A stretch of DNA of 64,000 bases from Planctomycetota bacterium (GTDB lineage: Bacteria > Planctomycetota > UBA1135 > UBA2386). The notes below the pieces were generated by a model, which saw only the letters and a list, made by a program, of their open reading frames with translations, searched no databases and had not been told where the DNA came from. The stretch lies in the NCBI GenBank assembly GCA_965223545.1, contig OZ245006.1, positions 896,001-960,000 on the forward strand, written 5' to 3'. Both the position numbers and the translations under genes were made by a program. Positions 33,053 to 47,815 of the stretch are shown here, in pieces (positions within the stretch are counted from its first letter, which is position 1; each line of letters opens with the position of its first letter).

Positions 33053-33209
33053 GCTACCGCCAACCAACTGGCGCTGGCAACACGTCGGATTTGCCGGGTC
33101 GCGGGTGCGGCGAACCGCTGGCCGCGTCTCGTTTCGAGACCGAGAACGTCGCACCGCGCGACGCTGACGCTCAAGGAGCCCGCCTCCCGCGTCGAGTCTG
33201 CCCACAGTC

Positions 33210-34208
33210 GTGTTGTCCGTTCTTCGATGCACAGCGTCGGCAGCCGGTCTGTTGCTGGCTGGCTGCGCCGCGCTGGGGCCCGCCGGCGCGCGCACCGCGC
33301 TGGACACCGGGCTGCCGGCGGACGAGGCCGCCTGGCTGGCGGCGACCGTCTGCCGTCAGGCGTTTCCCACCGCTGACCCGTGCCCGCGCCACGGGGGCGC
33401 CCCGGTGCTGCACGACGGCAACGGCCGCTATCGCATCCGGTACGCGGCGGACCACGGCGGCGGCTTCCGCGTCGCGTTCGACTCCCGCCTGCTCGCCCCC
33501 GTTCCGGGGAATCCCGACGGGCAGAGCGTGCGCCTTCTGGCGGCGGAACCGTCGGCGAGTGCCGGTCGCGCTGTCCTCGCGATCGCCGTGGTCGATGCAC
33601 CAGGGGGAGCACGGCTCTCGGTGTGGCTCGCCCCCGAGGCAGCGGCGGTCGACCGTCAGCTGCGCGCCGCCCTGGCCACCGCCGAAGCGCTGCGCGGCTG
33701 CCGTCAGCGCCTCGCCGCCGGCGATCACGCCGGTGCCGATCGGCTCGCCGCCGACGCGCTGCGCCGCGCGCCCAGCACAGTTCCGGTGCTGCGGGCGGAC
33801 CTCAAGCTGGTGCGTGCGCGGGTCGCGCACGAGCAGCGCGACCTGACCCGACAGCGCCTCTGGTTGCGCCGCGCCTTGGCCGATGCCCCGGCGGACACCG
33901 CCGCCAGCGGCCGGCTGCGCGCTCTCGATCGCCGGCTCGCGATCGACGACGACGCGTCGCCGGACCGAGGCTTGGACGGATTGCTGCAGCGGACGCGCGA
34001 CTGCCTGGCCCGCGACGATCTGCGCGGCGCCGTGGCCTGGGCACGGCGCGCCATCGACGACACGGACGCACCGCAGGCCTGGCGCGCGCTGGCCGAGGCC
34101 CTGGATGCCGGCGGCGACGGGACCGCCGCCCACCACGCCCGCCTGATGGCGGCGGCCGACACGCCGGCCGTCGGCCAGCCGCATGCACTGGCTGCACCGC
34201 CGCCTTAG
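33210..34208 (+). CDS. Hypothetical lipoprotein with TPR-like C-terminus
   Basis: LLLAGC lipobox; helical Ala-rich TPR-like units (DAPQAWRALAEALDAGGD); fills the gap between flanking genes. Confidence 0.55.
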   Translation: MLSVLRCTASAAGLLLAGCAALGPAGARTALDTGLPADEAAWLAATVCRQAFPTADPCPRHGGAPVLHDGNGRYRIRYAADHGGGFRVAFDSRLLAPVPGNPDGQSVRLLAAEPSASAGRAVLAIAVVDAPGGARLSVWLAPEAAAVDRQLRAALATAEALRGCRQRLAAGDHAGADRLAADALRRAPSTVPVLRADLKLVRARVAHEQRDLTRQRLWLRRALADAPADTAASGRLRALDRRLAIDDDASPDRGLDGLLQRTRDCLARDDLRGAVAWARRAIDDTDAPQAWRALAEALDAGGDGTAAHHARLMAAADTPAVGQPHALAAPPP

Positions 34209-34217
34209 ATCCGCGCC

Positions 34218-39466
<5,249 letters not shown>

Positions 39467-39659
39467 GCTGGTCCCATCGGTTCGGGGCGAACGGGTGTGA
39501 GCGCGTCCGGCCGTCCGCGCGCGCCGGGAGGGCGATCGCGCCACGCCCAGGGACACCACCCCGCCTGGCCAAGAGAAGGATAGGACAGGCGGCGGCGGCA
39601 CCCCGCCTGTGTTTTTGCACCGTTCCGCTTTTGCCCCGCGGCTGGCTATCGTCGACGCC

Positions 39660-40874
39660 ATGGCCGCGACGCTGCCCGAACGCCCCATCCTGCGCCCGCT
39701 CGAAGTCCACCGCGTCACCGAGGGCGACGAGCGCGGCGTCGTGCTGGTGGACCCGCTCGGACTGAACGACGAGCAGGTGTTCGTGCCCGAGGGACTGCTG
39801 CCGCTGGTGGGTCGCATGGACGGCCAACGCACCTGTGATCAGATCCTCGCCGAGCTGCGCGCCGAGTTCGGCGAAGTCGACGACGACGCCGTCGTCCGGG
39901 TCGTGGGTGACCTCGACCAGCGGCTGTTGCTGCAATCACCGCGCTACGAGACCGCGGTCCGCGAAGCCGCCGCCGCACTGCAGGCGATGCCGGCGCGCCC
40001 GCCGGCGACCGCCGGCTCGGCCGGCTATCCCGCCGAGAGCCAAGCTCTGCGCGCGGCCCTCGCATCGATGGTCCGCCGGCCGGAGAACCCGACCAGGCCG
40101 TGCCCCCGGGCCCTGGTGGCGCCCCACATCGACCTGGCGCGGGGCCGCGAGGGCTACGCCCAGGCCTACGGCTACTTGGCGGAGTGCGAACCGGCCGAGC
40201 TCTACGTGGTGTTCGGCACCGGCCACCGCGGCCCCAGTGCGCCGCTGACCGGCCTGTCGACCGACTGGCAGACGCCGATCGGAACCCTGCGCACCGACCG
40301 CGGCGTGATCGACGCGGTGCACGCCGAGACCGGCGCCCCCGCCCCGCACGACGTGCTGCTGCACCGCACCGAGCACAGCATCGAGCTGCAGATGCTGTTC
40401 TTGACGCATCTGTTCGGCGATCGCGACATCGCGGTCGCCGGCTTCCTCACCGGTGCGCTGGGCGGCGCCGACGACGACCCGGCGGCCGCGCCCGGCGTCG
40501 AGGGGGCACTGCGCGCGCTGCGGCGCATTGCCGGCGAGCGCAGGGTCTGCTTCATCGCCGGGGCCGACCTGGCCCACATCGGCACGCAGTTCGGCGACCC
40601 GCAGCCCGCGGACGCAGACCGGCTGGCCGCGCTGGAAGCCACCGAGCGGGAGCGGTTGCAGTGGCTCACGCGCGGCGATCCGCGCGGCTTCCACCAAGCC
40701 GTGGTTCACGGCGACAATCCCGACCGCGTCTGCGGTGCGTCGCCGATCTACTTGGCGGCATCGCTGGCTTCGACTCCGGCCGAGCTGCTGCACTACGAGC
40801 AGGCCGTCGGGGACCGGGGAGGCTGCGTGGTCAGCTTCTGCAGCGCGGCGTTTCAGACGTCAGGCGGAGATTAG
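39660..40874 (+). CDS. amrB: AmmeMemoRadiSam system protein B (MEMO1 family) with N-terminal extension
   Basis: RPPATAGSAGYP, APHID, GTGH, HRTEHSIELQ, ADLAHIG and VCG. Confidence 0.85.
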   Translation: MAATLPERPILRPLEVHRVTEGDERGVVLVDPLGLNDEQVFVPEGLLPLVGRMDGQRTCDQILAELRAEFGEVDDDAVVRVVGDLDQRLLLQSPRYETAVREAAAALQAMPARPPATAGSAGYPAESQALRAALASMVRRPENPTRPCPRALVAPHIDLARGREGYAQAYGYLAECEPAELYVVFGTGHRGPSAPLTGLSTDWQTPIGTLRTDRGVIDAVHAETGAPAPHDVLLHRTEHSIELQMLFLTHLFGDRDIAVAGFLTGALGGADDDPAAAPGVEGALRALRRIAGERRVCFIAGADLAHIGTQFGDPQPADADRLAALEATERERLQWLTRGDPRGFHQAVVHGDNPDRVCGASPIYLAASLASTPAELLHYEQAVGDRGGCVVSFCSAAFQTSGGD

Positions 40875-40916
40875 ATCGGGACGACAAACGCCGCGCTCCG
40901 GCCTCACGACTCGCCC

Positions 40917-41969
40917 TCACCCGCCGGCCAACCAAGGATCGGCCGCTGCGAGCACTTCGTCGACCTCGATGCCGGTCATGCAGGCGCGGTGGCCGAGGGG
41001 ACACACCTTGCGCTGACAGGGCGAGCACTCGAGGTCGCGGCGGATGACGGTCTGTGCGTCGAGCATGTAGTTCGTGTAGCGCGGATCGTTGGGTCCGATC
41101 AGGCAGACGACCGGCACACCGAGCGCGAGCGCGACGTGTCGAGGTCCGGAGTCGGTCGTGATCACCAGCCGGGCCCGCGCCACCAGAGCCTTCAGCATGT
41201 CGAGCGGCAGGACCGGATCACAGGCGGCCAACGCCCCGGAATCGGTCGCCATGCCGCGCACCATCTCCACCTCCGCCGGCCCACACAGAAAGAGCGCACG
41301 GTGGCCGCGCTCGCCGAGGGCGCGCGCGACCGCGGCGAAGCGATCCGGCTCCCACAGCTTGCTGGCGCCGAACGAGGCGCCCGCGTTGAGAGCGACGACG
41401 GAATCCCGCGGACCGACGCCGCGCGCCGCGAACCACTCCGCCGCCGCCGTCCGCAGCCCGTCGTCCACCGACAGAGAAAGCCGCAGCGGGGCGGTTGGCA
41501 GCTCGAGCACGTCGAGCAACGCGTCGTAGTACTCGGGCATCGGTGTCGGCACGCGGCGCGCACCGGAGCGCTGCCACCAACGCCGGCCCGGCTGCGCGCG
41601 CAGGCCGCGGTTCATCAACAGCGGCCGCCCTTGCCGGTAGCCGACCCGCACCGGAATGCCGGCCATGCGCACTGCGAGCCCGGTCTCCAGCGAGTTGGGC
41701 AAGACCACGGCGAGGTCGAAGCGCCGTTCGCGCAGCGCGCGGGCGGCGCGCCACAGGGCTGCGGCCGACGACGCCCGCGGGGTTTCGATCACGTCGTCGA
41801 ACCAGCCGCCGTCGCCGATCAAGGACCGCAGGTAGGGCCGCATGCCGGCGGTGATCTCCGCGTCCGGATAGCCGCGCCGCAGGCGCTCGAACGCGGCGGT
41901 CGCCATCACCGCGTCACCGACCCAGTTGGGCACGCGAACGAAGACGCGACGGGGACCGACGGAATCCAC
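40917..41969 (-). CDS. waaF: Lipopolysaccharide heptosyltransferase II (GT9)
   Basis: RVPNWVGDAVMA, FDLAVVLPNS, LNAGASFGASKLW and TTDSGPRHVA. Confidence 0.88.
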   Translation of the reverse strand: MDSVGPRRVFVRVPNWVGDAVMATAAFERLRRGYPDAEITAGMRPYLRSLIGDGGWFDDVIETPRASSAAALWRAARALRERRFDLAVVLPNSLETGLAVRMAGIPVRVGYRQGRPLLMNRGLRAQPGRRWWQRSGARRVPTPMPEYYDALLDVLELPTAPLRLSLSVDDGLRTAAAEWFAARGVGPRDSVVALNAGASFGASKLWEPDRFAAVARALGERGHRALFLCGPAEVEMVRGMATDSGALAACDPVLPLDMLKALVARARLVITTDSGPRHVALALGVPVVCLIGPNDPRYTNYMLDAQTVIRRDLECSPCQRKVCPLGHRACMTGIEVDEVLAAADPWLAGG

Positions 41970-42117
41970 GACGCCGTGTTATCCGCCTCCCCGCCCGCAC
42001 ACAACGCCGCACGGGGCGCACTTTCGCCCCCCTCGCTGGCAGCGCGGTGGCGGGGTGCTATCGTGGGCGCCCCGCGCACCGCGCGCGCCAACGCCTATCT
42101 GGAGCGTCCTTCTGCCG

Positions 42118-44964
42118 ATGGCATCCGAATCCGTTTTGCAACGCCTCGCCGCCGAGTTCGACGACTCGCCCGAGACGATTTCCGCCGTGGTCGACATGTT
42201 CGAGCGCGGCGCCTCGCCGCAGTTCATCGCGCGCTACCGCCGCGACGAGACCCGCGACCCGGGCGAGGAGCGACTGACCGCACTGGAGGAACGCTGGCAC
42301 TTCCTGCACGACCTCGAAGCGCGCAAGGAGGCCATTCTCGAGCAGGCGCAGCAGCGGGCGGGAGTCACCGACGAGCTGCGGGAGACCCTGGCGCAGACCT
42401 ACGATCAAGATCTGCTCGACGACATCTACCAGTCGTTCCGCCCGCGGCGACGCACGCCCGGGGTGCAGGCGGCCGAGCGCGGCCTCGGCCCGCTGGCCGA
42501 GGCGATCCACCACCGCCAGTTGGCGGACAAATCGCTGCAGGAGCTGGCCGCCGACTACATCTCGGCGGAGAACGAGCTGCCGACCGCGGAGGCGGTGTTG
42601 GAGGGAGTGCTGCACATCCTCGCCGAGCGCTACGCCGCCGACCCCCAGCTGCGCGCCCAGCTGCGCAACGAGATGTCGCGCGGCGTGCTCAAAGCGGAGG
42701 CCACGTCCCCCAACCGCAAGGGAGCCAAGCGCTACCAGGAGTTCTTCGCCTTCGAAGAGCCGGTGCGCCGGATCGGTGCGCAGCGGATGCTGGCGCTGCG
42801 CCGCGCCGAGCGCGAGGGCATCGTGAAGATCGAGCTGCGGCTGCCGCAGGGCCGCGAGATCGAGGTGTACCGCGAGCGCTTCGCCGCGGACCTACCGGCG
42901 GAAGCGCCGCTGCACGCGTTCTTGGACCTGGTGTTCCAGCACTCGTTCGACCAGCTGGTGCGCCCCGGGTGCGAGGCCGACATTCGGCGCCGCATCAAGG
43001 AGAAGGCGGATCGCGAGACCCTGCGGACCTTCTCCCGCAATCTCCGCTCCCAGCTGCTGGCGCCGCCGTTGGGCGAGAAGCGCACTCTGGTCATCCGCGC
43101 TTCGCGGCGCACGGTGTGGTGCGCCGCCCTCGACGAGAGCGGCGCGGTCGAGGCCCAGCACGTGCTCCACCTCTGGGACCCTTCGGCGGAAAAGGCCCCA
43201 TCCAAACCGGCCGCCGATGCACAGCCCGCGGCCGCAGCTTCGGATGAGGCGCCGGCCGATGCGCCGGCCGAGGCGCCGGCCCCGCCGCCCGAGACCGAAG
43301 GCACGGACGCCAGCAGCCCGGTCGCACAGGTCCCCGCCACGGAAAGCGGCCCCGCGGAGGATCCGCCGCCGACGCCCGAGGCCCCCACTCCGGAAACAAC
43401 GACGGCGGCCGACGCGCCGACCGCGGAGGCACCATCGGCCGAGGCGCCCGAGGAGACTCAGCCTGCCGGCGCGGAACCGGCCGAAACCGAACCCGAGGGT
43501 CGCCGCAGGTCGAGCGAGAACTGCACGCTGCCGGAGGCGGTGGCCAAGTTGATCGAACTCGCCCGCCAACACCGACCGGCGGCGATCGCGATCCCGCACG
43601 GCCGCCGGCAGGACGTATCTCTGCAGGTCGCGCGCGACGTGCTCGCCGGTCTCGAGAACGACGTCATGCTGATCCCGGTCGACGAGGCCCCGTCGACGAT
43701 CTACGCCACCAGTGCCGCGGGCCGCAAGGCGATGCCGCAAGCCGAAGTGGGTGTGCGCACGGCTATCCACCTCGGCCGGCGGCTGCAGGATCCACTGCTG
43801 CAGCTGTTGCACTTGGACCCGCGCGACCTCGGTCTGGGCGCCAGCTTGGCGGACGTGCACCAAGGCATGCTGGCGACCACCCTCGACCACACCGTCGGCT
43901 CCTGCCTCGCGCTGGTCGGCGTCGATGTCAACCGTGCCAACACCGACACTCTGTCGCGGCTGCCGGGCCTGAACCGCGATCAGGCGCGCGCCATCGTGGA
44001 GCACCGGCAGAAGGCGGGCGGGTTCCGCACCCGGACCGGCATCGGCGAGGTCGAGGGCATCGACGAGAACGCGGTGCGCCACGTCGCGGGCTTCCTGCGC
44101 CTGGCGGGCGGCGAGCAGCCGCTGGACGTCACCGGCGTGCACCCCGACGACTTCGACCTGGCCGAGAAGATCGCCGCGCAGGTGGGCGAGCCGGTGACCG
44201 GCCTGCTCGGTCGCGATGTCCGCATCGACCTCGACGCCGTGACTTCCGACGGTCATCCTCGGCTGCGCACGCTGGACGTGTTGGGCGCCCTCGCGCAAGC
44301 CGGGCGCGACCCGCGCGGCCAGCTCTCGCCGTGGAACAACCCCGGCGTGCAGTCGGTTGCGGACCTGCAGGTCGACATGCAGCTGCGGGGGCGGGTGACC
44401 AACGTCACCGATTTCGGCGCGTTCGTCGATCTCGGCGTCGGCCAGGACGGACTGGTGCACATCTCGCAGATCCCGGGCCGGCGGCTCAAGAACCCCGACC
44501 AGGCGCTGCGCATCGGCGAAGTGATCCGCATCTACGTGGTGCGCATCGACAAGGACGGCAAGCGCATCAGCCTGACGATGCTGCGCCCGCGTCACTTGGC
44601 CGAAGGCCGCGCGCCGACGCTGGGCGAGCGCATGCAGGGCGGCGGGCGGCGCGGTCGCGGGCGGCGCGACGAGGGCCAGGTGATGACCCGGGCGGCGCGC
44701 GCACCGGACGGGCGCCGCGACGGCCGCCGGGGCGGCCCCCGCCGCGGCGGCCAGGGGCCGGGCGGCGGGCGACCCGGCGGGCGCGGCTTCGGCCGGCGCG
44801 ACGACGGCCCACGCCGGTCGGGCCCACCGCGTGTGATCACCGTCGAGAGCGAGCGGCCGGTCGAACAGTCCCGCGGCCACAAGGGCGAGCTGCGCTCGCT
44901 GTCCGGCCTGCGCAACTTGCTGGGCGACAAGAAATCGGGCGAGAGCGATTCCAGCGAGAGCTGA
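42118..44964 (+). CDS. tex: Tex/YhgF-like RNA-binding protein with S1 domain, acidic low-complexity insertion and RGG-rich tail
   Basis: FIARYRRDET, DIYQSFRPRRRT, MLALRRAEREG, GRRLQDPL and VGVDVN; helix-hairpin-helix region; S1 domain (GRVTNVTDFGAFVDLGVGQDGLVHIS). Confidence 0.9.
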   Translation: MASESVLQRLAAEFDDSPETISAVVDMFERGASPQFIARYRRDETRDPGEERLTALEERWHFLHDLEARKEAILEQAQQRAGVTDELRETLAQTYDQDLLDDIYQSFRPRRRTPGVQAAERGLGPLAEAIHHRQLADKSLQELAADYISAENELPTAEAVLEGVLHILAERYAADPQLRAQLRNEMSRGVLKAEATSPNRKGAKRYQEFFAFEEPVRRIGAQRMLALRRAEREGIVKIELRLPQGREIEVYRERFAADLPAEAPLHAFLDLVFQHSFDQLVRPGCEADIRRRIKEKADRETLRTFSRNLRSQLLAPPLGEKRTLVIRASRRTVWCAALDESGAVEAQHVLHLWDPSAEKAPSKPAADAQPAAAASDEAPADAPAEAPAPPPETEGTDASSPVAQVPATESGPAEDPPPTPEAPTPETTTAADAPTAEAPSAEAPEETQPAGAEPAETEPEGRRRSSENCTLPEAVAKLIELARQHRPAAIAIPHGRRQDVSLQVARDVLAGLENDVMLIPVDEAPSTIYATSAAGRKAMPQAEVGVRTAIHLGRRLQDPLLQLLHLDPRDLGLGASLADVHQGMLATTLDHTVGSCLALVGVDVNRANTDTLSRLPGLNRDQARAIVEHRQKAGGFRTRTGIGEVEGIDENAVRHVAGFLRLAGGEQPLDVTGVHPDDFDLAEKIAAQVGEPVTGLLGRDVRIDLDAVTSDGHPRLRTLDVLGALAQAGRDPRGQLSPWNNPGVQSVADLQVDMQLRGRVTNVTDFGAFVDLGVGQDGLVHISQIPGRRLKNPDQALRIGEVIRIYVVRIDKDGKRISLTMLRPRHLAEGRAPTLGERMQGGGRRGRGRRDEGQVMTRAARAPDGRRDGRRGGPRRGGQGPGGGRPGGRGFGRRDDGPRRSGPPRVITVESERPVEQSRGHKGELRSLSGLRNLLGDKKSGESDSSES

Positions 44965-45214
44965 GACCGCTCAACCCCCGGTACCACCGGCACTGGCGCG
45001 GCGCCGCCGGCCCGCGCCCGCCCCGCCCAGAGCCGATGGGACGCACCGGCCCGCGGCTCGGGGTTCTTCCGGGGCCTTGCGCCGAGACCACGCGATGCGG
45101 TACAAAGTGTCGCATAGACGAGCGTCGCGGGTTCGCTTTCGGCACATCTCTAGCCACCCGCACTTCAGGCCTCTCTGCCTTTCTTTCTTCAAACGCGAAA
45201 GAGTCATCCATCCC

Positions 45215-46522
45215 ATGCGCACCTCTCTTCTCTGCGCCCTTTCTGTCCCCGTGCTCAGCATGACGCTGGCGGCCCAGGTCGGCCCCGGCATCGCTTCGGT
45301 GGACATGACCCAATCTCCTTGGCGGCCGCCGAGCCAGAACAACCTGCATCCGCAAGCGATGGTTGACCTGGCGACGGGCACCGTCATCTGGTCCACCTCG
45401 GGCGCCTCGTCGACCGACTTCGGCCAGCTCGAGCTGCGCTCGATCGGCGGCACCAAGTTCCGCCTGGCGGCGACGCTCAACAACGCCACGTCCGGCTCGA
45501 CCGGCGGCTTCATCAACGGCCCCGGCGGCTTCGAGGCCGTCGAAGGTGAGTACGACACCGCGACCGGCGTCTGCGGCCTGACCGACTTCGCCACCCCGCT
45601 GTGCTCGACCGGCGACGAGTTCGCCTTCTCGATCTCGAACAACGGCCTGTTCGGCGTGACCGACTACGCCGGCGCGATCGGCAGCCCGGTCTACGGCAAC
45701 CGCGCCGCGACCGGCACCAACTGGACCCTGGGCGGTGTCGTCACCGGCGCCGGCTCCGGCTACCTCGATTCCAAGCTCGTCGACCTCGGGGGCGGTGGCA
45801 TCAAGTTCGCCTTCGCCGACGCCTCCAGCGGCGTCTCGGTGGGTGACATCAACACCGGCACTGGCGCGGTGACCAACATCGCTCAGGTGATCGCCGCGAT
45901 CCCGGGCACCAACTTCCTGCACTCGCACCACGCGGTGATGGCCAACGACACTCTCGCTGGCTGGATCTTCTCGGCGCACATCGCCGGTGGCGACTCCGAC
46001 TCCTACTTCCTGGGCGACAGCGACGACCTGCTGAACCTGCCGGTCCAGATCTACGACGAAGCCAACTGGCAGGCCAACCCGACCTCGCTCGGGGACAGCG
46101 GCTCCACCTACTGGGCCTGGTCGGCTCCGGCGCCGAACAACTACAAGGCCCCGCTCGACATCGAGCTCGTCGCCCTCACCGGCGGCCGTCTGACCGCCGG
46201 CCAGACCAAGAACCTGAGCCTGTTCGTCCCGGGTGACGGCAACCCGTGGGTCGGCGTGCTGATCATCGGCGTCCCCACCGCCCCGATCCCGCTGGGCGGC
46301 ACCGTCGGCAACGCCATCGGCAACGCCCCGGGCCCGCGCCCGGCCGGCCAGGTCTCGGTGCTCCCGGCGATCGCGGTCAGCGCTGCTGGCCTCGGCCGCA
46401 TCAACTTCGGGATCCCGGTCCCCGCGGGCTGGACGGGCGCGGCGCCGCTCTCGATCCAGGGTGCGGCGGCGAGCACTGCCGGTGGCCCGGTGGTCATCAG
46501 CAACGACGCGCTGATCCAGTGA
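45215..46522 (+). CDS. Secreted Gly/Thr/Ser/Asn-rich beta-protein of unknown function
   Basis: Signal peptide MRTSLLCALSVPVLSMTLAAQ; strongly C/G-ending codons; followed by a strong terminator. Confidence 0.8.
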   Translation: MRTSLLCALSVPVLSMTLAAQVGPGIASVDMTQSPWRPPSQNNLHPQAMVDLATGTVIWSTSGASSTDFGQLELRSIGGTKFRLAATLNNATSGSTGGFINGPGGFEAVEGEYDTATGVCGLTDFATPLCSTGDEFAFSISNNGLFGVTDYAGAIGSPVYGNRAATGTNWTLGGVVTGAGSGYLDSKLVDLGGGGIKFAFADASSGVSVGDINTGTGAVTNIAQVIAAIPGTNFLHSHHAVMANDTLAGWIFSAHIAGGDSDSYFLGDSDDLLNLPVQIYDEANWQANPTSLGDSGSTYWAWSAPAPNNYKAPLDIELVALTGGRLTAGQTKNLSLFVPGDGNPWVGVLIIGVPTAPIPLGGTVGNAIGNAPGPRPAGQVSVLPAIAVSAAGLGRINFGIPVPAGWTGAAPLSIQGAAASTAGGPVVISNDALIQ

Positions 46523-46574
46523 TCGAGGCATCCCGGGCCTGATGGCCCGAGGATTTGGGCCCCGACGGGCCCGA

Positions 46575-46617
46575 AACGAGCCCGGAGCGGCAACGCCGCT
46601 CCGGGCTCGTTCTCTTT
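46575..46617 (+). terminator. Intrinsic terminator
   Basis: 17-bp perfect stem AACGAGCCCGGAGCGGC-aac-GCCGCTCCGGGCTCGTT followed by CTCTTT. Confidence 0.75.
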
Positions 46618-46656
46618 CGATCCAGCCTTGTGTTGGCCCCCCGCCCCACGACTGCC

Positions 46657-47346
46657 ATGGAAACCGTCGCCGCCGTCCCGCGACACGCCCACTTCGACGG
46701 CAACTGGCCTCAGGGCTTTCTCGCCGCCACCCCCTCGGTCCTCGCCCGCCTCGAGCGCTCGGCGTCGTTCCGCCCGCGGGCGGCCGCCGAGGAGGATCCG
46801 GAATGGAAGCAGCTGATCCCATACTGCGTCGTGCAGCGCGGGGACACCGTGCTCTGCCTCGAACGGCTGTCGGCGCAGAGCGAGCACCGGCTCCACCGGC
46901 GCCTATCGATCGGCGTCGGCGGCCACGTCAATCCCGTCGACGCCCCGCTCGAGGGAGCGGTCGCGCGTGGGCTCCTGCGAGAGCTCCACGAGGAGCTGCG
47001 GCTGCCAAGGGACTGCGGCGAACCCCGTTTTCTGGGCCTGATCAACGACGACTCGAATGCGGTCGGCCGTGTTCATGTGGGCCTGGCGTTCGTCCTCCGC
47101 CTGGCCGCCGGCAGCAAAATCTCCGTCCGTGAAACTCGGAAGATGGTGGGTCGTTTCTCCCCCCTCGCCGACCTACGTTCCCCGGCATCGGCCGGGGTTG
47201 CCGAATCCTCGAAGCTATGGCAACATCACCGCCGCTTCGAGTCCTGGTCGACGATCGCACTCGAGGCCTGGCCCTGGACCGTCTCGAGGACCCTTCCACC
47301 GGGACACCGACAGGGCCCACCAGAGGCGAATTCAGAGCGGACTTAG
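46657..47346 (+). CDS. Predicted NUDIX-like phosphoesterase (YmaB/COG4112 type)
   Basis: AEEDPEWKQLIPY, LSIGVGGHVNP, GLLRELHEEL and GLINDDSNAVGRVHVG. Confidence 0.8.
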   Translation: METVAAVPRHAHFDGNWPQGFLAATPSVLARLERSASFRPRAAAEEDPEWKQLIPYCVVQRGDTVLCLERLSAQSEHRLHRRLSIGVGGHVNPVDAPLEGAVARGLLRELHEELRLPRDCGEPRFLGLINDDSNAVGRVHVGLAFVLRLAAGSKISVRETRKMVGRFSPLADLRSPASAGVAESSKLWQHHRRFESWSTIALEAWPWTVSRTLPPGHRQGPPEANSERT

Positions 47347-47361
47347 AGCGGAGGACGAACA

Positions 47362-47586
47362 ATGACCGAACAGCTGACCCGACGCCCCACCCGGGAACGC
47401 GTGTACGACTTGCTGATGAATGCCCGTCAGGCAGACTGGGTCGAGCTCGAGCTCGACGACGGGCGGCGCGTGGCCGGAGCGATCATCTTCAACGAGTTCA
47501 AGGGCACCGGCCGCCTGATCAACGTCGAGAAGGAAATCTCCTTCGACTTCAACGTCGACCAGGTCATCGACGTCGACATCCAGTAG
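47362..47586 (+). CDS. 74-aa protein, possible Sm/Hfq-like small beta-barrel
   Basis: Strong GGAGG ribosome-binding site and typical codon usage; N-terminal helix then VELELDDGRRVAGAI, resembling the Sm1 motif. The fold call is tentative. Confidence 0.75.
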   Translation: MTEQLTRRPTRERVYDLLMNARQADWVELELDDGRRVAGAIIFNEFKGTGRLINVEKEISFDFNVDQVIDVDIQ

Positions 47587-47775
47587 GGATCCAATAGGGC
47601 GCCCGCGCACCCGCCGCCGGGCACGCCCGGGGGCCCCACAGCCCATGGCTGCCCATGGGCAGCCTGCCGGCACGCCGTCCGCTGCCGACGGCCATCGCGC
47701 GCGCCGCGCGCCACTGCCGATGCGCCCCACGTCTGCCGGTCGGTCCCGGCCGACGGCGCCGGGCGCGGCCACGGC

Positions 47776-47815
47776 AAAAAAGAACACCGCCGAAGCCCTT
47801 TGGCCTCGGCGGTGC
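47776..47815 (-). terminator. Intrinsic terminator on the minus strand
   Basis: GCACCGCCGAGGCC-AAAG-GGCTTCGGCGGTGT-TCTTTTTT; the two G-U pairs form only on the minus strand. Confidence 0.85.

Noticed and set aside
47647..47664. Perfect 18-bp palindrome GGCTGCCCATGGGCAGCC
   Set aside because: It is a single GC-rich copy downstream of a gene with no U-tract or promoter context, so no role can be assigned.
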